Assembly: GCF_001194135.2 (NCBI RefSeq)
Contig: NC_068986.1
Location: 41,325,256-41,389,255 of the forward strand
Length of the DNA stretch: 64,000 nt
Reading direction: 5' to 3'
From: Octopus bimaculoides
Taxonomy: Eukaryota
The notes beneath the pieces are model-generated. The model made no database searches. It saw only the letters and a list, made by a program, of their open reading frames with translations, and was not told the DNA's origin. A program made the position numbers and the translations under genes. This document shows, piece after piece, positions 39,312 to 52,060 of this stretch. Position 1 is the first letter of the stretch. Every line of letters starts with the position of its first letter.

Positions 39312-41350
39312 GGTGCACATATAGTTGCCAAGCAAACTGTGTCCTTTTTGAATTTACTTATCATATCCTTCATGTCGTTTTTATCACATTCCTAAATAGA
39401 ATGAAAAGCTAATTTGATTTGTGTAGGATTTGAACTGGAAGATAGAATACCATAAAATGTTTATTTTGGTGTTTATCTCTTTAGAAACTTACTATGAAAA
39501 TACATTTTATGATATATAATAATTGGTCATTAAAACATTCTGGTGCTAGAGATTGTGTTGCTGGCATTACAATACTACCTGCTCTGCTGTGGCTTCCTCA
39601 AAATATAACTATCCCTCTTATGAGATCATTCTCTCACCTTAACAGACATTAAAACTTGTTACTTTAAATTGAATACTCTAAGATTTGTCTCCCTTGTATA
39701 CATTTACATTCTCCAGTGACAGCTCATTTATAATAATGAAAATACAGTACTTTCAATTCTGATCATTTTTCATCACTCCACATTAACAGCATCAGTGCTT
39801 AATCTAATTTTCCACAATGCTACAATCATAAACCATGAATTAAAAAATTCCTTTTATGGTAGATTTCAAAATTATTGAAGGGCATCTATCTTCCATATTG
39901 GACTCACCCAATTAGAAAGCTTTTAGTGCCAAAAGAAGTAAACCCCCTCCCACAGGTGAACCACCTGTATTATTATTTGAAACTGCCCATAAAGTCTTCA
40001 AAATTCACTATGAAAACAGCAATTGAAGCCTTAAGGCCTAATGTCATTTAAGTTACGTTATCTATGAATTTTTAAAAATTGAACCTGCATTATTGTTCTC
40101 AGCATAGATGCATCCCTATAGGTTCTTATGTACTTTCATTTCACTCCAGTTACTTATATACTTCCCCACTCTTGCCCTACACAGTCGTTTCAGTTCCTAG
40201 ATACTGTTCTAAGAGACCAATAAGTCTTATGGTGCTTGTTCCTCTCCCACTTCAGCTGACCATTAGTTTTTCAGTGGGAAGCTCTTTTACATTTTGACAG
40301 ATTTTAGCTTTAGTCCATGCCAGATCCCATACACTCTCCTCACCCAGTATATTTGTTGGGATTGTTTAATTTAGTCACCAACCACTTAACCGAGATAAAC
40401 TATACTGAGTTACATAATGATTACGAAGTGGGTGACTTCAAAAGAGAATAATACCAAATACTTTTAAAAATGCTTTTAAAAAGTGGATCATATTATATCA
40501 AATCCTAATAGCTACAGGTCCACTTAAATATTTCAACATTATATAAAATATGTCTCAGGGTGTAAGTGAAACAATTTATATCATAGTTCAAGAAGAGTGT
40601 CCAAAAAGAGTTTATTTTAAATGCAAACACCAATTCCTAGCAGATGCATTATAAATATTAGATAGTACAAGATAACTCCATGAAGAAGAGAACTACCCTA
40701 ATATCAGTATTGTTTGATTGAATGAAAATGTAATACAGTATATTCCTGACTAAATTTTAACTGCCTCCAGGTTTTAAATCAACATATTAGATCTTGTCAA
40801 ACCTTATTACTTAATTAGTATAGTAGATATAATGATCATATCTATGTTATGCAAATGTCCCAAGAGATTAGACTTAACGAGTTATGTACACTACATGTAC
40901 TAAAGAATTTGTATTGTTGCTTTAGCCAACTGAACTGCTGTAGAAATTCATAATTAGCTTACAAAAAGAGTGTGTTCAGGTTCCTATAGCAAGTGAAATA
41001 ATGTAACTATCATACTATTTAATAATGTAATAATTATTTTTACCATACCTTATTACTACTACAATTTACCTAAGTAAACTTTACAATCTAGGCCATAACT
41101 TAAATTCTCATTATCTTACTGACTCTACTCAAAGCATTATAAACCCCTAGATAAAATATAAAAACGACAAAACAATATGATTTGCACATGCATACACACC
41201 TTATACTTTTGTGCCACTATAATCTTAGGGAAAATATTGCAAAAAGCAATAAAGTATATTGAGATAATGTAAAATTCACTTAGATTTACTACATTTCTAT
41301 TTTTCCTTTTTAATTGTATCCTCTTTTCATTTTTGTCTTTTTCATTGTAG

Positions 41351-43320
41351 GCTCCTACTTTGCGGGCGAGGCTTCATACTCTCATCAATTTACTGATGAC
41401 ATTCGTATTAAGCGGCAGCGTCCGATTCCAGCTGGTCGTGTCAGTTCTAACAACATTGCAATGACCACTAAAGTCTTCTGCAATCCTTACAATAAAAATG
41501 CTTTCCTCAAGTTGAGTCCAAGTATTAATATTCCAAGTATGAACCCAGCTGCACCACTGCAATTAACAGGCTATACAAGTTCAGTGACCACCTATACTGC
41601 TCAAGGAAGCATAATGGCCAGTTCTAGTAACAACCCATTTGTTAGTCAAGCTTTATTAGGAGCTGCACCTCCTGGAGCTGGATCAAATATATGTTGTCCG
41701 ACTATCAAAGCTACTAACAATCCAAACACTGCTGTAAACAGAGTACCGTCTAATCGCATAAACATTGTCATGATGCCAATGACAGATGCAGACAAGAACC
41801 AAACTGTTCAGAATATGCCTAATATGCAAGACACTTCATCAGTTGGCATTGCTCCTAATGTCCCATCATCTTCTTCATCTTCAACACCCTCATCATCATC
41901 TTCATATTCATTACAAAATTTGACTGTATCCTTTCCTTCCAGTGGTAATGTTGGTCCTACTGTAACTGCTAACAATACAGTTATGCAGTCTCCGCTTGTG
42001 CTGTCAACAGCCCCTAAACAGCTAGTACACCAACAACTGCAGACAGTGCCAGTGACTAGCACACCTCAACATATCCCTCTGGTTGTACCCTTCCAGGCAG
42101 GAACTGCTGTTAATCCCAAAAGCCATTTGGCTTCACACTCACACTCTAAATTAATCTTTGGAGGATTGTCACAACCACAACAGCAAATGCAACAACAGCA
42201 ACAACAACAACAGCAGCAGCAGCAGCAAAAATACCTTCTGCAGCGCATCACACAACGACTTCAGACACAACCCACACAACGACTGCAGGCACAAGCAACA
42301 CAACGACTCCAGCAACCAGCGATACCATCGCAGGCGCTGCAGTCACAGCAACTCTCACAAGCTCAACAGCCATTATTGCAATTGCAGGCTGTGCAACAAC
42401 TACAACCATCACCGCAATTACAGACTGCTGCACAAGTTCCACAGTTAGCCCAACCGCAACATCATCAGCAACCACAGCAAGTTGGGCCAACACTGCAACA
42501 GGTCACATCAACTTCAGCACCTCAGCTGATAACACTCGGAGAATTTTTGTCCCCTTTTCAAACAGGAGCTTCGGCAGCTAAAGTTAACATGGTGTCTCAC
42601 ACCCAGCCGAAACTTGTTTTTGGAAGAGTGCCATCTCAACAACAATCTCAACAACAGCAGCCTCAGCAACAAGTAATGGCCCAGCAAGCTGGTGTACCTC
42701 CACAGAACCAACCCCAAGCCCCACCCCAGCATATACAAGCTGCACAACAAACACCACATCATCTACATCACTATCACCATCACCACCATCACCACCACCA
42801 TCACCAAGCCCCAGTGCAACCACAGCAGCAACCCCAACAAATATTCCTGCGGAAAGGTTTTGTTGTGCCCATTCCACCAGGAACTTCTGGTCCTAAAGTC
42901 AGCACTGTTGGCCATTCACAATCCAAACTAATAGTGAAAGTACCACCAGCACCACCAGCACCATCCCAACAACAACAGCTGGTCCCACAGACCCAGCCTC
43001 AGCCCCCTACCCCACAAGCAATCCAGGCTCAACAGACAGCAAACACACTCCAACTCTACTGCCAAAATGGAGAACCCCATACGACACGGACCTCAATACC
43101 TACAAACTGCACGCGGAAAATGTTCATTGCCAAAGTTCTCGTGGGCAAGTACACAGGTGGTAACAGCAGCCTGAAGAAAGCCCCACCTTTATATCCATGT
43201 GCCGAACCATTTGGAAAATGCTATGACTCTTGTGTAGACAACATATGGGACCCAAAGATTTTTGTTATATTTGATAGTGCCCAAGCTTACCCCGATTATT
43301 TAATAGAATATGTTGTATAG
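41351..43320 (+). CDS. RING-PARP gene, terminal exon F: rest of a PARP7/11/12-like mono-ART domain interrupted by a Q/P/H-rich insert of about 574 aa
   Basis: Acceptor ttcattgtag|gc. GSYFAGEASYSHQF, then the insert, then RKMFIAKVLVGKY...YDSCVDNIWDPKIFVIFDSAQAYPDYLIEYVV*. No stop in 656 codons. Confidence 0.92.
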
Positions 43321-44312
43321 TGATAGACTGATTTTTATATGAAACACTCTTGATAGCATATCTCTTTCTCTGTCTCTTTCTGTCTCTCTCTCTCTCACTC
43401 CTTCTCTCCTATCATGGTAAAGTTGACAAATACCAAACTGTATAAATGGAACAGATTTTAGTGGGGAAAAGACTATGAAAAGAAGTGGGTGAAAGTGTTT
43501 ACTTTCTTTTTTTCTGGTCTACATTTTCCTTTTTATATATTTTCTTTTTCTTTATTAGTATTTTTATAGTTTGTGTTGAAAATTTAAATGCATGTATATT
43601 TTTGTTAACAATGCTTTTATCATTATCATAAGTATTATTGTTTGAAAATTAACTTTGCTATTTTTAACTTTATTTTTTTGTTTACTTCTAATCTTATTAT
43701 TATTCCTATCTTGCACTTGTTGCTTCATAGTGTCTTTTAGGTACGCTGATAGCTTAGTAAGGAAAGGAACAATTATTTTTTTTGTCTTTTTCATCCTTTT
43801 AAATTTAAGCTGTTTAAATTGGGAGAAAAATCTTTTTAGAACACATTAGATCTTGTATAAATGTTTCTTTAGAATTGGGTACCATAACCAGTTTACATAG
43901 AATTTTAATACAACTTTTCTTCTAATTTTTAATACTAATATTTTTAATCTAAGGTTGCCCTCTTATCACCTGCTCCTATTGACCCCCTTTTTGAGAAAAA
44001 TATTCATTATCTTTTCTCATGTTCATTTGCTTTCCCCGCCCCCTTATGCTTTAAACCTCACTATCTTCTCCATTATCTTTTTGTTTCCGACTCTTCATGA
44101 AGGATTGCTATTATAAGTGGTTTGTTATGTATGTGTGTGTATGTGTGTATGCATGCACATGTGTGCATGCATTCTTGATAAGGTGTGCTTATAAATGTCA
44201 TTTGTTACATTCTGATATCATTGGCAGTCATTTGCTAGCAAGAGATATCTTGCATGAACATATTTGTGTAGTATCGTCAGTTTGCAATGCTCAACACAAT
44301 TAAATTTAAAGA

Positions 44313-44322
44313 AATAAATAAA
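44313..44322 (+). terminator. Candidate polyadenylation signal (two overlapping AATAAA)
   Basis: aataaataaa about 1 kb after the stop, followed by a T-rich tract. AATAAA is common in AT-rich DNA. Confidence 0.3.
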
Positions 44323-44580
44323 TGCCTCGGTTTAATTTTCTTTAATTAAATATACACCATTTTCCCCATAAAGTCTTTGTATATTCTGGATTTAAAAAAA
44401 AAACTTACAACTGATTCTTAATTTAGAAATATTTGGAATTTTTACAAACTTATGTCAATTTCATTCCTCTCTCAACTACAGCTTCTGTTTTACTATTTTT
44501 TTTTCCATTGTCTTTAACTAAGAAAATTTCTCTAACTTATCACCCTCTTTCTCTTCATCATTTTTCATATAAAATGTTTC

Positions 44581-44626
<46 letters not shown>

Positions 44627-47029
44627 ATTTTCTACTATTGATGTATCTTCTGTTATCAATCTTTATTCACTTTTCATTTTCACTATATCTCACCAGCTGT
44701 CTTGTTCTTTGTTTCCTCATGCCCTTCTGTTCCCACCCCTTTGGAAAAACAATAATCAAACAAAAATATGAAAGAAAATTTTTCTTTAATACATTCTTAT
44801 TACAAATATTTTGTGATGTGTTTTTGTTTATTTTTTTTTCTTTCTTTTAACTGATTACTTCAATGTTTTATATAGTCTGGTGATATATTTAATATGCTGT
44901 AGGGTAGGCAACTTATGTATATAGGGTTTAATTGAATCCAATTAAATATTTTTAATAATTAGCACTTCTATTCAATATATCTTAATTGATAGTTGTTTTT
45001 TTTTTGTTTTTTTTTTTAAACAAATGAAAATTTAACACAAACCAAATCTCAATTAGCATTTTGTAAATGTTGGTGCTGCTGTAATATTGTTATTCTTATA
45101 ATCATCATGTGAACAAACTCTAAAGGTTTATAGAGGTATAATTGTGATATTCTTGAAATATGCATTTTTAGCAATTGTAGATGATTAATATGTAGGAAGA
45201 GTTTTAAAATGACAAAAAAATCTTACACACACCTACACACAAATTCTTACTTGACTTTCTACAATAAATTCATTCCAATAACTCTTATTGAACTTTTGCT
45301 TATTTGTACTATTTGTATGGGGATGGCTATATTTAACAGTCTTTTAATGGGGGGCTTCTAATTTTCTCTGTTAGTAAGAGTTATAAAATTGTCGGGGTGT
45401 TTTTTATTTTATTTCGGGAGCTTTTAAAACATTTTTTCTTTGTCATAAATATAAAAGTCTTTCTGCATCATATTTGGTGTAACTGCCAGAATTTTCCTGA
45501 CTGTTACTATATACATTTGGTATGCTGGCCTCTGCCATAAATTTGGTATATATATTTCCATCAATATATACAACAAAAACAACACACACAGTATTTTTTT
45601 TTTAAATTTCTTTATCACATATCAAGTTTTATTGATTGTTTAACAAGTAGGCTGATATAGAACACTTTCCTACAAAATTTAGTTATTTTGATGGTGAAGT
45701 ATGAACACACTAATTGATGTAATTGTTTTGCTGAATCAGCACATTATCTTGCATCTGTAACTGAGAGGCTGCTAAATCACATTTTCACTAAGCTCTACTT
45801 GTATGTGTGTGTGTATGTATATATGCATGTGTGTGTTACTTTAATATCACTAGGAATAGGTGACAGTTTTTTTTTTTCTTTTCTCCTGGGAGTAGGCCTT
45901 TGTAAGTAGATTTGTCAATTTTCCATTCTATTTCTCCTCAATACAATTTAGTATAAAATACAATGATAAACAAAGCAGCTAATTAACACTTTGGTATATT
46001 ATTTACATTTTAGTAGTTTGACCAACACAAATTATTCTTGTGGAAATTATAGTTGGTTGTTTGTGATAGAATTACATTAATAGTATTTTCCTTGTTTTTA
46101 ATATTTGCTATCTTCATTATAGTGGAGGTGTTAGTTGGTATCAATAATGTCTTCATTGTAATGGAATGTAACATTGGTGAGCTTTGTTACTTTACTACAA
46201 GGGGACATTGATGTAATTGTGCTGTTTTAGATGTTTGCATTTCTTCTAACAGAAATTGGTGACCTATTGGCAGTTTTGGTATCCTCTCTTTTTTGTTGGG
46301 ATAACAATTTTGGTGTCTTCACTGCAATCGGAGTATTGCTGTGATGATACATTGGTTTGCTTCATTATGAAAGAAAAAGACGTGGCTGCATGAATTCAAT
46401 AGTTTTCCATTATTGACTGCTATGTAGTGTAAACAGAATTTAGTATGGTTATCCTTTGTCTGGAAACAGTGTAATTCATGCACATTAACCCTTGACATTA
46501 TCTTGGATTTTAAACCTACTCTGGTAGGTATGAAGTACTTGTGGTTCAGTTATACTCTGCATTGACCATATGTACATTACTATAGGAAGCTCTTTATGCT
46601 ATTATTAATATTGTTATTAACATAATTATTATGCTTTCCTTTTTGCTTTTTTTCTCATACTTTCAACACTGGTGTATTCTGTGAAAAGTCTGGACTACAA
46701 GAATATCTGTGACAGTATTGTGATTTGTTTAGTATAATTACACCATCCTGTTTTCTGCCACTAGCTATTCTCTCTTAATCACTGTCACAAAGGTGTCAAA
46801 CAAATCAGGAGTATATATTTTGTATGGAGACATCTCATGTTCAGTCTCATCATCTGCTGAACATTACATTAATTCCTGCCTCTTCTGTCCATATTTCCAA
46901 GTGGATAGAATATACCACCATTTATAAACAACTTAGGCTAACCAGTTTTTGAGGTTTCTGATATAGATTTGCTTTATTATTATAAATTTAAGTTCTACAT
47001 TATAAGTAAAGAAATAAGTGCATATGAGT

Positions 47030-47137
<108 letters not shown>

Positions 47138-47795
47138 TATATATACTGAATTCTTTACACAATTCATATTTCACACTACTATGATCTTCATGTAAATTAA
47201 CTTTTACAATGTTCCAAGCTGATTTTATATCCATTGAAGTTGGTTCATTTTTTGGTCAGTTTCTAAATAATGTTTTGTCCAAGTGGTGTTTATAATTGTT
47301 GTCACTTTTCATTTGCCAATTCATTGGTTGTTCCATTGCCATTGGTCAAATTCACCATTTTATTGGTCTATATGAACTTTTACTTTTTAATCGTTGTCAT
47401 ATTGTCAGTTTTCATTGTCCAATTTGGTGGTTGTCTTATCTGTACCTGCCAATTTCATCACTGTAACCAACAAATTGGAGAAAAAGAAAAGCAACTACAA
47501 TCATAAACACAACCTTAAAAAAGAATATTTAGAAGCTGGCTAGTACTTAGAAATTCAAAATAATGAATGCTTATCAATAAATATAAAACCAACTTAAAAT
47601 ATTGTAAAACTGTTCATCATAAGATTGTGCTGGTGTGAAATTAAAGTTGCAATTAAAAGAATTCAGTTTAAATATACTATACACTCTACACTTCTTCAGT
47701 GACAAACTTTAGCATTTGAACATATATATATATATATATATATACCTCCACACATACAATATGTATGTATATATATATACACACACCTCCACACA

Positions 47796-47840
<45 letters not shown>

Positions 47841-47892
47841 CGCACACACCTTCACACATACAACACAAATATATATATTTATATATATATAT

Positions 47893-48125
47893 AATATTGT
47901 TGTTTTAATGTCCAGTTTTACATGCTTGCATGGGTCAGATGGGATTTGTTGAGGTAAATTTTTTTTTACAATCAGATGCCCTTCCTGTTGCTAACTCTTG
48001 TTTTCAAACAAGGTAATATTTCCCAATGACTGGACATGTTTCCATGGAAGACTGAAAATGAATGACACCACTTACATGATAGTGACACTTGTTAACAAAC
48101 TGTCACATGTCAAGATGAGGAGGCA
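47893..48125 (-). mobile_element. Decayed family B repeat
   Basis: gttttaatgtccagttttacatgcttgcatggg...gatgcccttcctgttgctaac resembles 17110-17250. Confidence 0.6.
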
Positions 48126-49512
48126 CAAACATACATATAATATTGCATGAATTTCTTCAGGGAGAAAACTGACTAGAAGTTTAAATAGTTTAGTTTAGTG
48201 TTTACAACAAGAATCTACAGTAATCATAGAGCAAGATAAATTTATGGTCTATACTGGTTTTATTTCACATACAAAGTACTTAAATTTTTACTAGCCATTT
48301 GCTCGTCAATTCTATAAACTTAATGTATTTTGTTGCTGAAAGCTTGCTGGAGTAAAATGAAAGAATACAAATTTATCTATTTATTTGTGTGTGTATATTT
48401 TACTCGTAAATTATTGTAACATCAGCTCTTGTATTTTCATAAATATTTAGAAACATGAGTAAACCTGAGCCTAATAATACCACACTAAGTTTAATAATTA
48501 ATGAGAGCCTAAATATTAATGACTGGTTAGGAATGTTATACAAGTTGAATCCTCTGCTAGGTTTAGAATTTGACAATTTGCCTCCAACTTGACTATTTAA
48601 AAGCCAGTCCAAACTACCTGGTGACATTGACATCATTTTAACAATTACAAGCCATAGTAAACAGAAGATTGCACAAATTACTGAAGTTGTTAACAGTTGG
48701 TAGTGTTGAATCTGGTACTGAAAATAAAATATTTAAATTTGTTCATATTTTCCTTGTCATTCCTTCTAAGAAAATATTAAATTTAACAACTTATTTGTGA
48801 GCTTTTCATTCCTTAACTGAGCTGTAACTGCCATGTTACTTTCTTTAATCTACATAATTTGTTTAATTAAGTTGGAATTGGCACATGATGTAATTTATCT
48901 GACTTATTATAATTCTTTACACCCACTCCTTTTTAAGAATTTGCCAAATTTTTTTTCTTTCAATTTGCAATGTAAACACAACTCAAATGTATGCATACTG
49001 CCTTGTTTAAAGTTTCTGTCCCCTGCCCCCCCCCCATAAATTCCCTTATGCAACCACACAATTTTGTTTTAAAATAAGTGTTAGTACATACATATACATA
49101 GAGCTTCCTCTTCTCTTTCCCTATTTATAAACACACGCACACACAAGCATACACTTAACATATATAAATACATTCCAAAACTTGAATTTTTTTTCTTTAT
49201 AATTACTCCAAACAACTAGGTCCAAAATAGTAAGGGGAACTGCGCAACATTTAAAATTAAAAGAAAACAAAAAAAAAATTATCAAAAAAGAAGCTTCTGT
49301 CTTGTACAGTGTGAAACAAAAAGAACTTTTGGTATTGCATATTGCAATTATGTGTGCCACTTGCAAACTTTTTCTTCTTTTATAATTCTGAACTTTTTGT
49401 TTTATTTATATTATATTGTGTGCCAATTAGTGATCATTTATGCACACAACACACGTAAATGATATCTTGTGAATTCAAATCATTAAATTTTTTTCCTCTC
49501 TCTGTAACTACA

Positions 49513-49543
<31 letters not shown>

Positions 49544-51909
49544 TATTATTTTTATTATAAGTGGAAATTTTGGTCACTAATTTCATGTGACTGTTATATT
49601 ACCTGTTCCGTCAACATTTTAGTGGTCAAAACCCCATTTTTTCTTTCTTTTCATTTCTTTCCACTCTACATTTTAAGGATATTTTTTGTCAACAGCTGTC
49701 TAAGACCATTTATAACTATGAAGGTATTATCATTATTTTTTTATTTTTTTATTTTCTACCCCAAAGATTTGCAGCTCAAGTGACAATCATGTAACTCTCA
49801 AATTATGAAAGTTGAAATTTAAATCAACAGTACCCTACAGCCCTCATTTGATTTCTCTTTGCCCTGTTCTGCTTCTTCCCCCTCCTTTCTTTCACATCAC
49901 TCCTCTTTCTACCCTATGCTATTCTTTGCGTGTTGGACTTTTAAAATAGGAGTGAAATGAAATATTTGGATAAAATATGCATTACCTTTTTCAATGTAAG
50001 CAAATATTTAATGGCTACATACACTCCTTCCCTCTTCTCTCTCTCTCTTTCTCTCCTTGTTTTTTTTTTTACATCTTGTTCCATTTTACTATAATGGACA
50101 AGGTAAACCGACTTGAAAGATTCACTAGTCTACAATTGATTAAATCACACAAGCTGCCCATTTTTCTATTAATGTCTAATATAGCAGTTATCAAATGTTG
50201 TTTTGTAAACAGCTTTGATAGTTCCTTGCCTTGCATTTATTGATAGTTTTGTGGGGTGTGGTGCTCTTTTTTCAAACTTCCTTACCTTTCAATGTTTCTC
50301 TTATTCACTCCTTCTCCTCCTCTCAGTTTTTTGTTTTTTAATGTTGCACAATGACAAACTTTGAACTTCAAGGCTATGGGCTTACTCTTCCCCTTTCTGA
50401 AAGAAAAAGAAAAAGTGAATGTATCCCTTTTTTAGATGTGTGCCTCAAATTATATATAACAAAAAAAAAACTACAAAAAAATTTTTATAGTTGTCATTTG
50501 TTTAAATAACAATTGATTTGAATGCAAAACAAAATTAGAGTTGTACACAGGCTATGTATTTTTTTATTTATTAAAAATTTTTTAGACCTCTTGCTAGCTT
50601 TTCATCAACAGAATTGTTCTCTGTTACATTAATTGAATGAAGAAAAAAATCGAAACAGAAAGAAAAGAAAGGTTTCTTTTAACTTACAGAAAAAAAAGGC
50701 TCTCTATTTTAGATGGTAATAAAATGTTGCATTTACACCTTTCTCAGGAAGAGAAATATGAGCATATGTATGGTAAGTATTAGTGCATTGTCAAGAAAGG
50801 TTCATGGAAGAAGACAAGAAAAACAAGAAAGTTGATTGTGCTAGTATACAGATGAGATTTTTCTGAGTTATTCTGATTAGTTTTGGTTTGTAGCATAAAC
50901 TGGAAATAAGTACTGTTTAGAGAATGATTGTTTTTAAGCTAGTCCAAGAACTTGATACTTCTCAGCAATCATCAGTTGTGTACTATCTTTATACATGCAT
51001 GAGTGGTTGGGCACAGCTTAATGCAGACAACAAAAGGAATTCTTTTTAAACATTGTTTGACCAGACAGTCTAAGTAAGTTATAAGCAGTTAGAATCCTAA
51101 GATCTTGCTAAGCATTTGACATATTTTTCAGTTAAGTTTTGCCTTAAATTGAAGATGTATAAAACTATGGTTATTACATCTATCCCAAACCATTGTGAAA
51201 TCAGCATTCTGAAATCCCAGAAGCTATCTTGTGTCTAGGATACAAACTCATTTGCAGTCAGATAAATATATTTACAATACCATATTCCCCAATAAAGTCT
51301 TTGACAGTGCTTGACCTACAAGCATTGAAAATAAAATTCTCTCAGTGAAATTTCATAGGTGTGGCCATTTTATTTGTATGAAATAAGAATTCAGAATCTT
51401 TAGACAATTGTTCAATTTTGTGAAATGATTAATAGAAACTATTAAGATACACAAGAAAGGGACAAAAACAACATCAATGCCACCTTCAAGAAAGTAGGCC
51501 TTAAAGTTGGTATTAGACAAACTTTTGGTATGTCCTCTGAAACAGTATCATATCATGAGAACAAAAGGCTAAAGCCATGTCATTTTCAATATTACTGATC
51601 TATACTTATTCTACCTAGAGACTGTTTATGCTCATTTCAAATTACCTAAACTGAGATTCCCTTAACCAAAGCAGGAAGTGTTCCTACATATGATTATTCA
51701 TCTCAGTAAATGGTACACTGGGACTGGCTCCCATTGTTTGGAACTTTAAAATTATATAGAAATAGGTGAAATTTTGATGCTTTCTTCTGGATTGTGACTG
51801 GGTCAAGGAACTACTTTCAGTGGATTTAGTCAATCATATTTACCTCCAGTATTTAGCTATTTGATAAAATAAATACCAGAACGAAATACTTTTGATATGA
51901 AAGGATGTC

Positions 51910-52060
51910 AACACATACACACTAATTCTGTTTGCCAAATTATACTTCCAAGGTATTAGCCAGCCTGGACTTACAGTAGAAGACATTTACACTAGGTGCT
52001 ATACAGTAGGATGAGATTCAAAACTACATGGTTACAAAGCAGACTTCTTAATATGTGCCT
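51910..52060 (-). mobile_element. Heavily decayed family C SINE head
   Basis: cagtagaagacatt...ggtgct..acagtagga...aaaactacatggtt is a diverged reverse complement of 18520-18600. Confidence 0.5.

Noticed and set aside
39900-40760. Possible decayed LINE fragments in the last intron
   Set aside because: Only vague motif resemblance; cannot be supported without a search.
41374-42931. Overlapping alternate-frame and antisense ORFs (poly-C, V/A-rich, N/H-rich)
   Set aside because: Shadows of the CAA/CAG-rich coding insert.
41392-43113. Intein or Hint-type self-splicing insert as the explanation for the split PARP domain
   Set aside because: No N-terminal Cys/Ser block A, no His-Asn C-terminus and no endonuclease motifs; the insert is low-complexity.
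45424-45618. Minus-strand 64-aa ORF and the short frame ADDETEHEMSPYKIYTPDLFDTFVTVIKRE near 46770-46860
   Set aside because: No recognisable homology, weak splice context, and within chance expectation.
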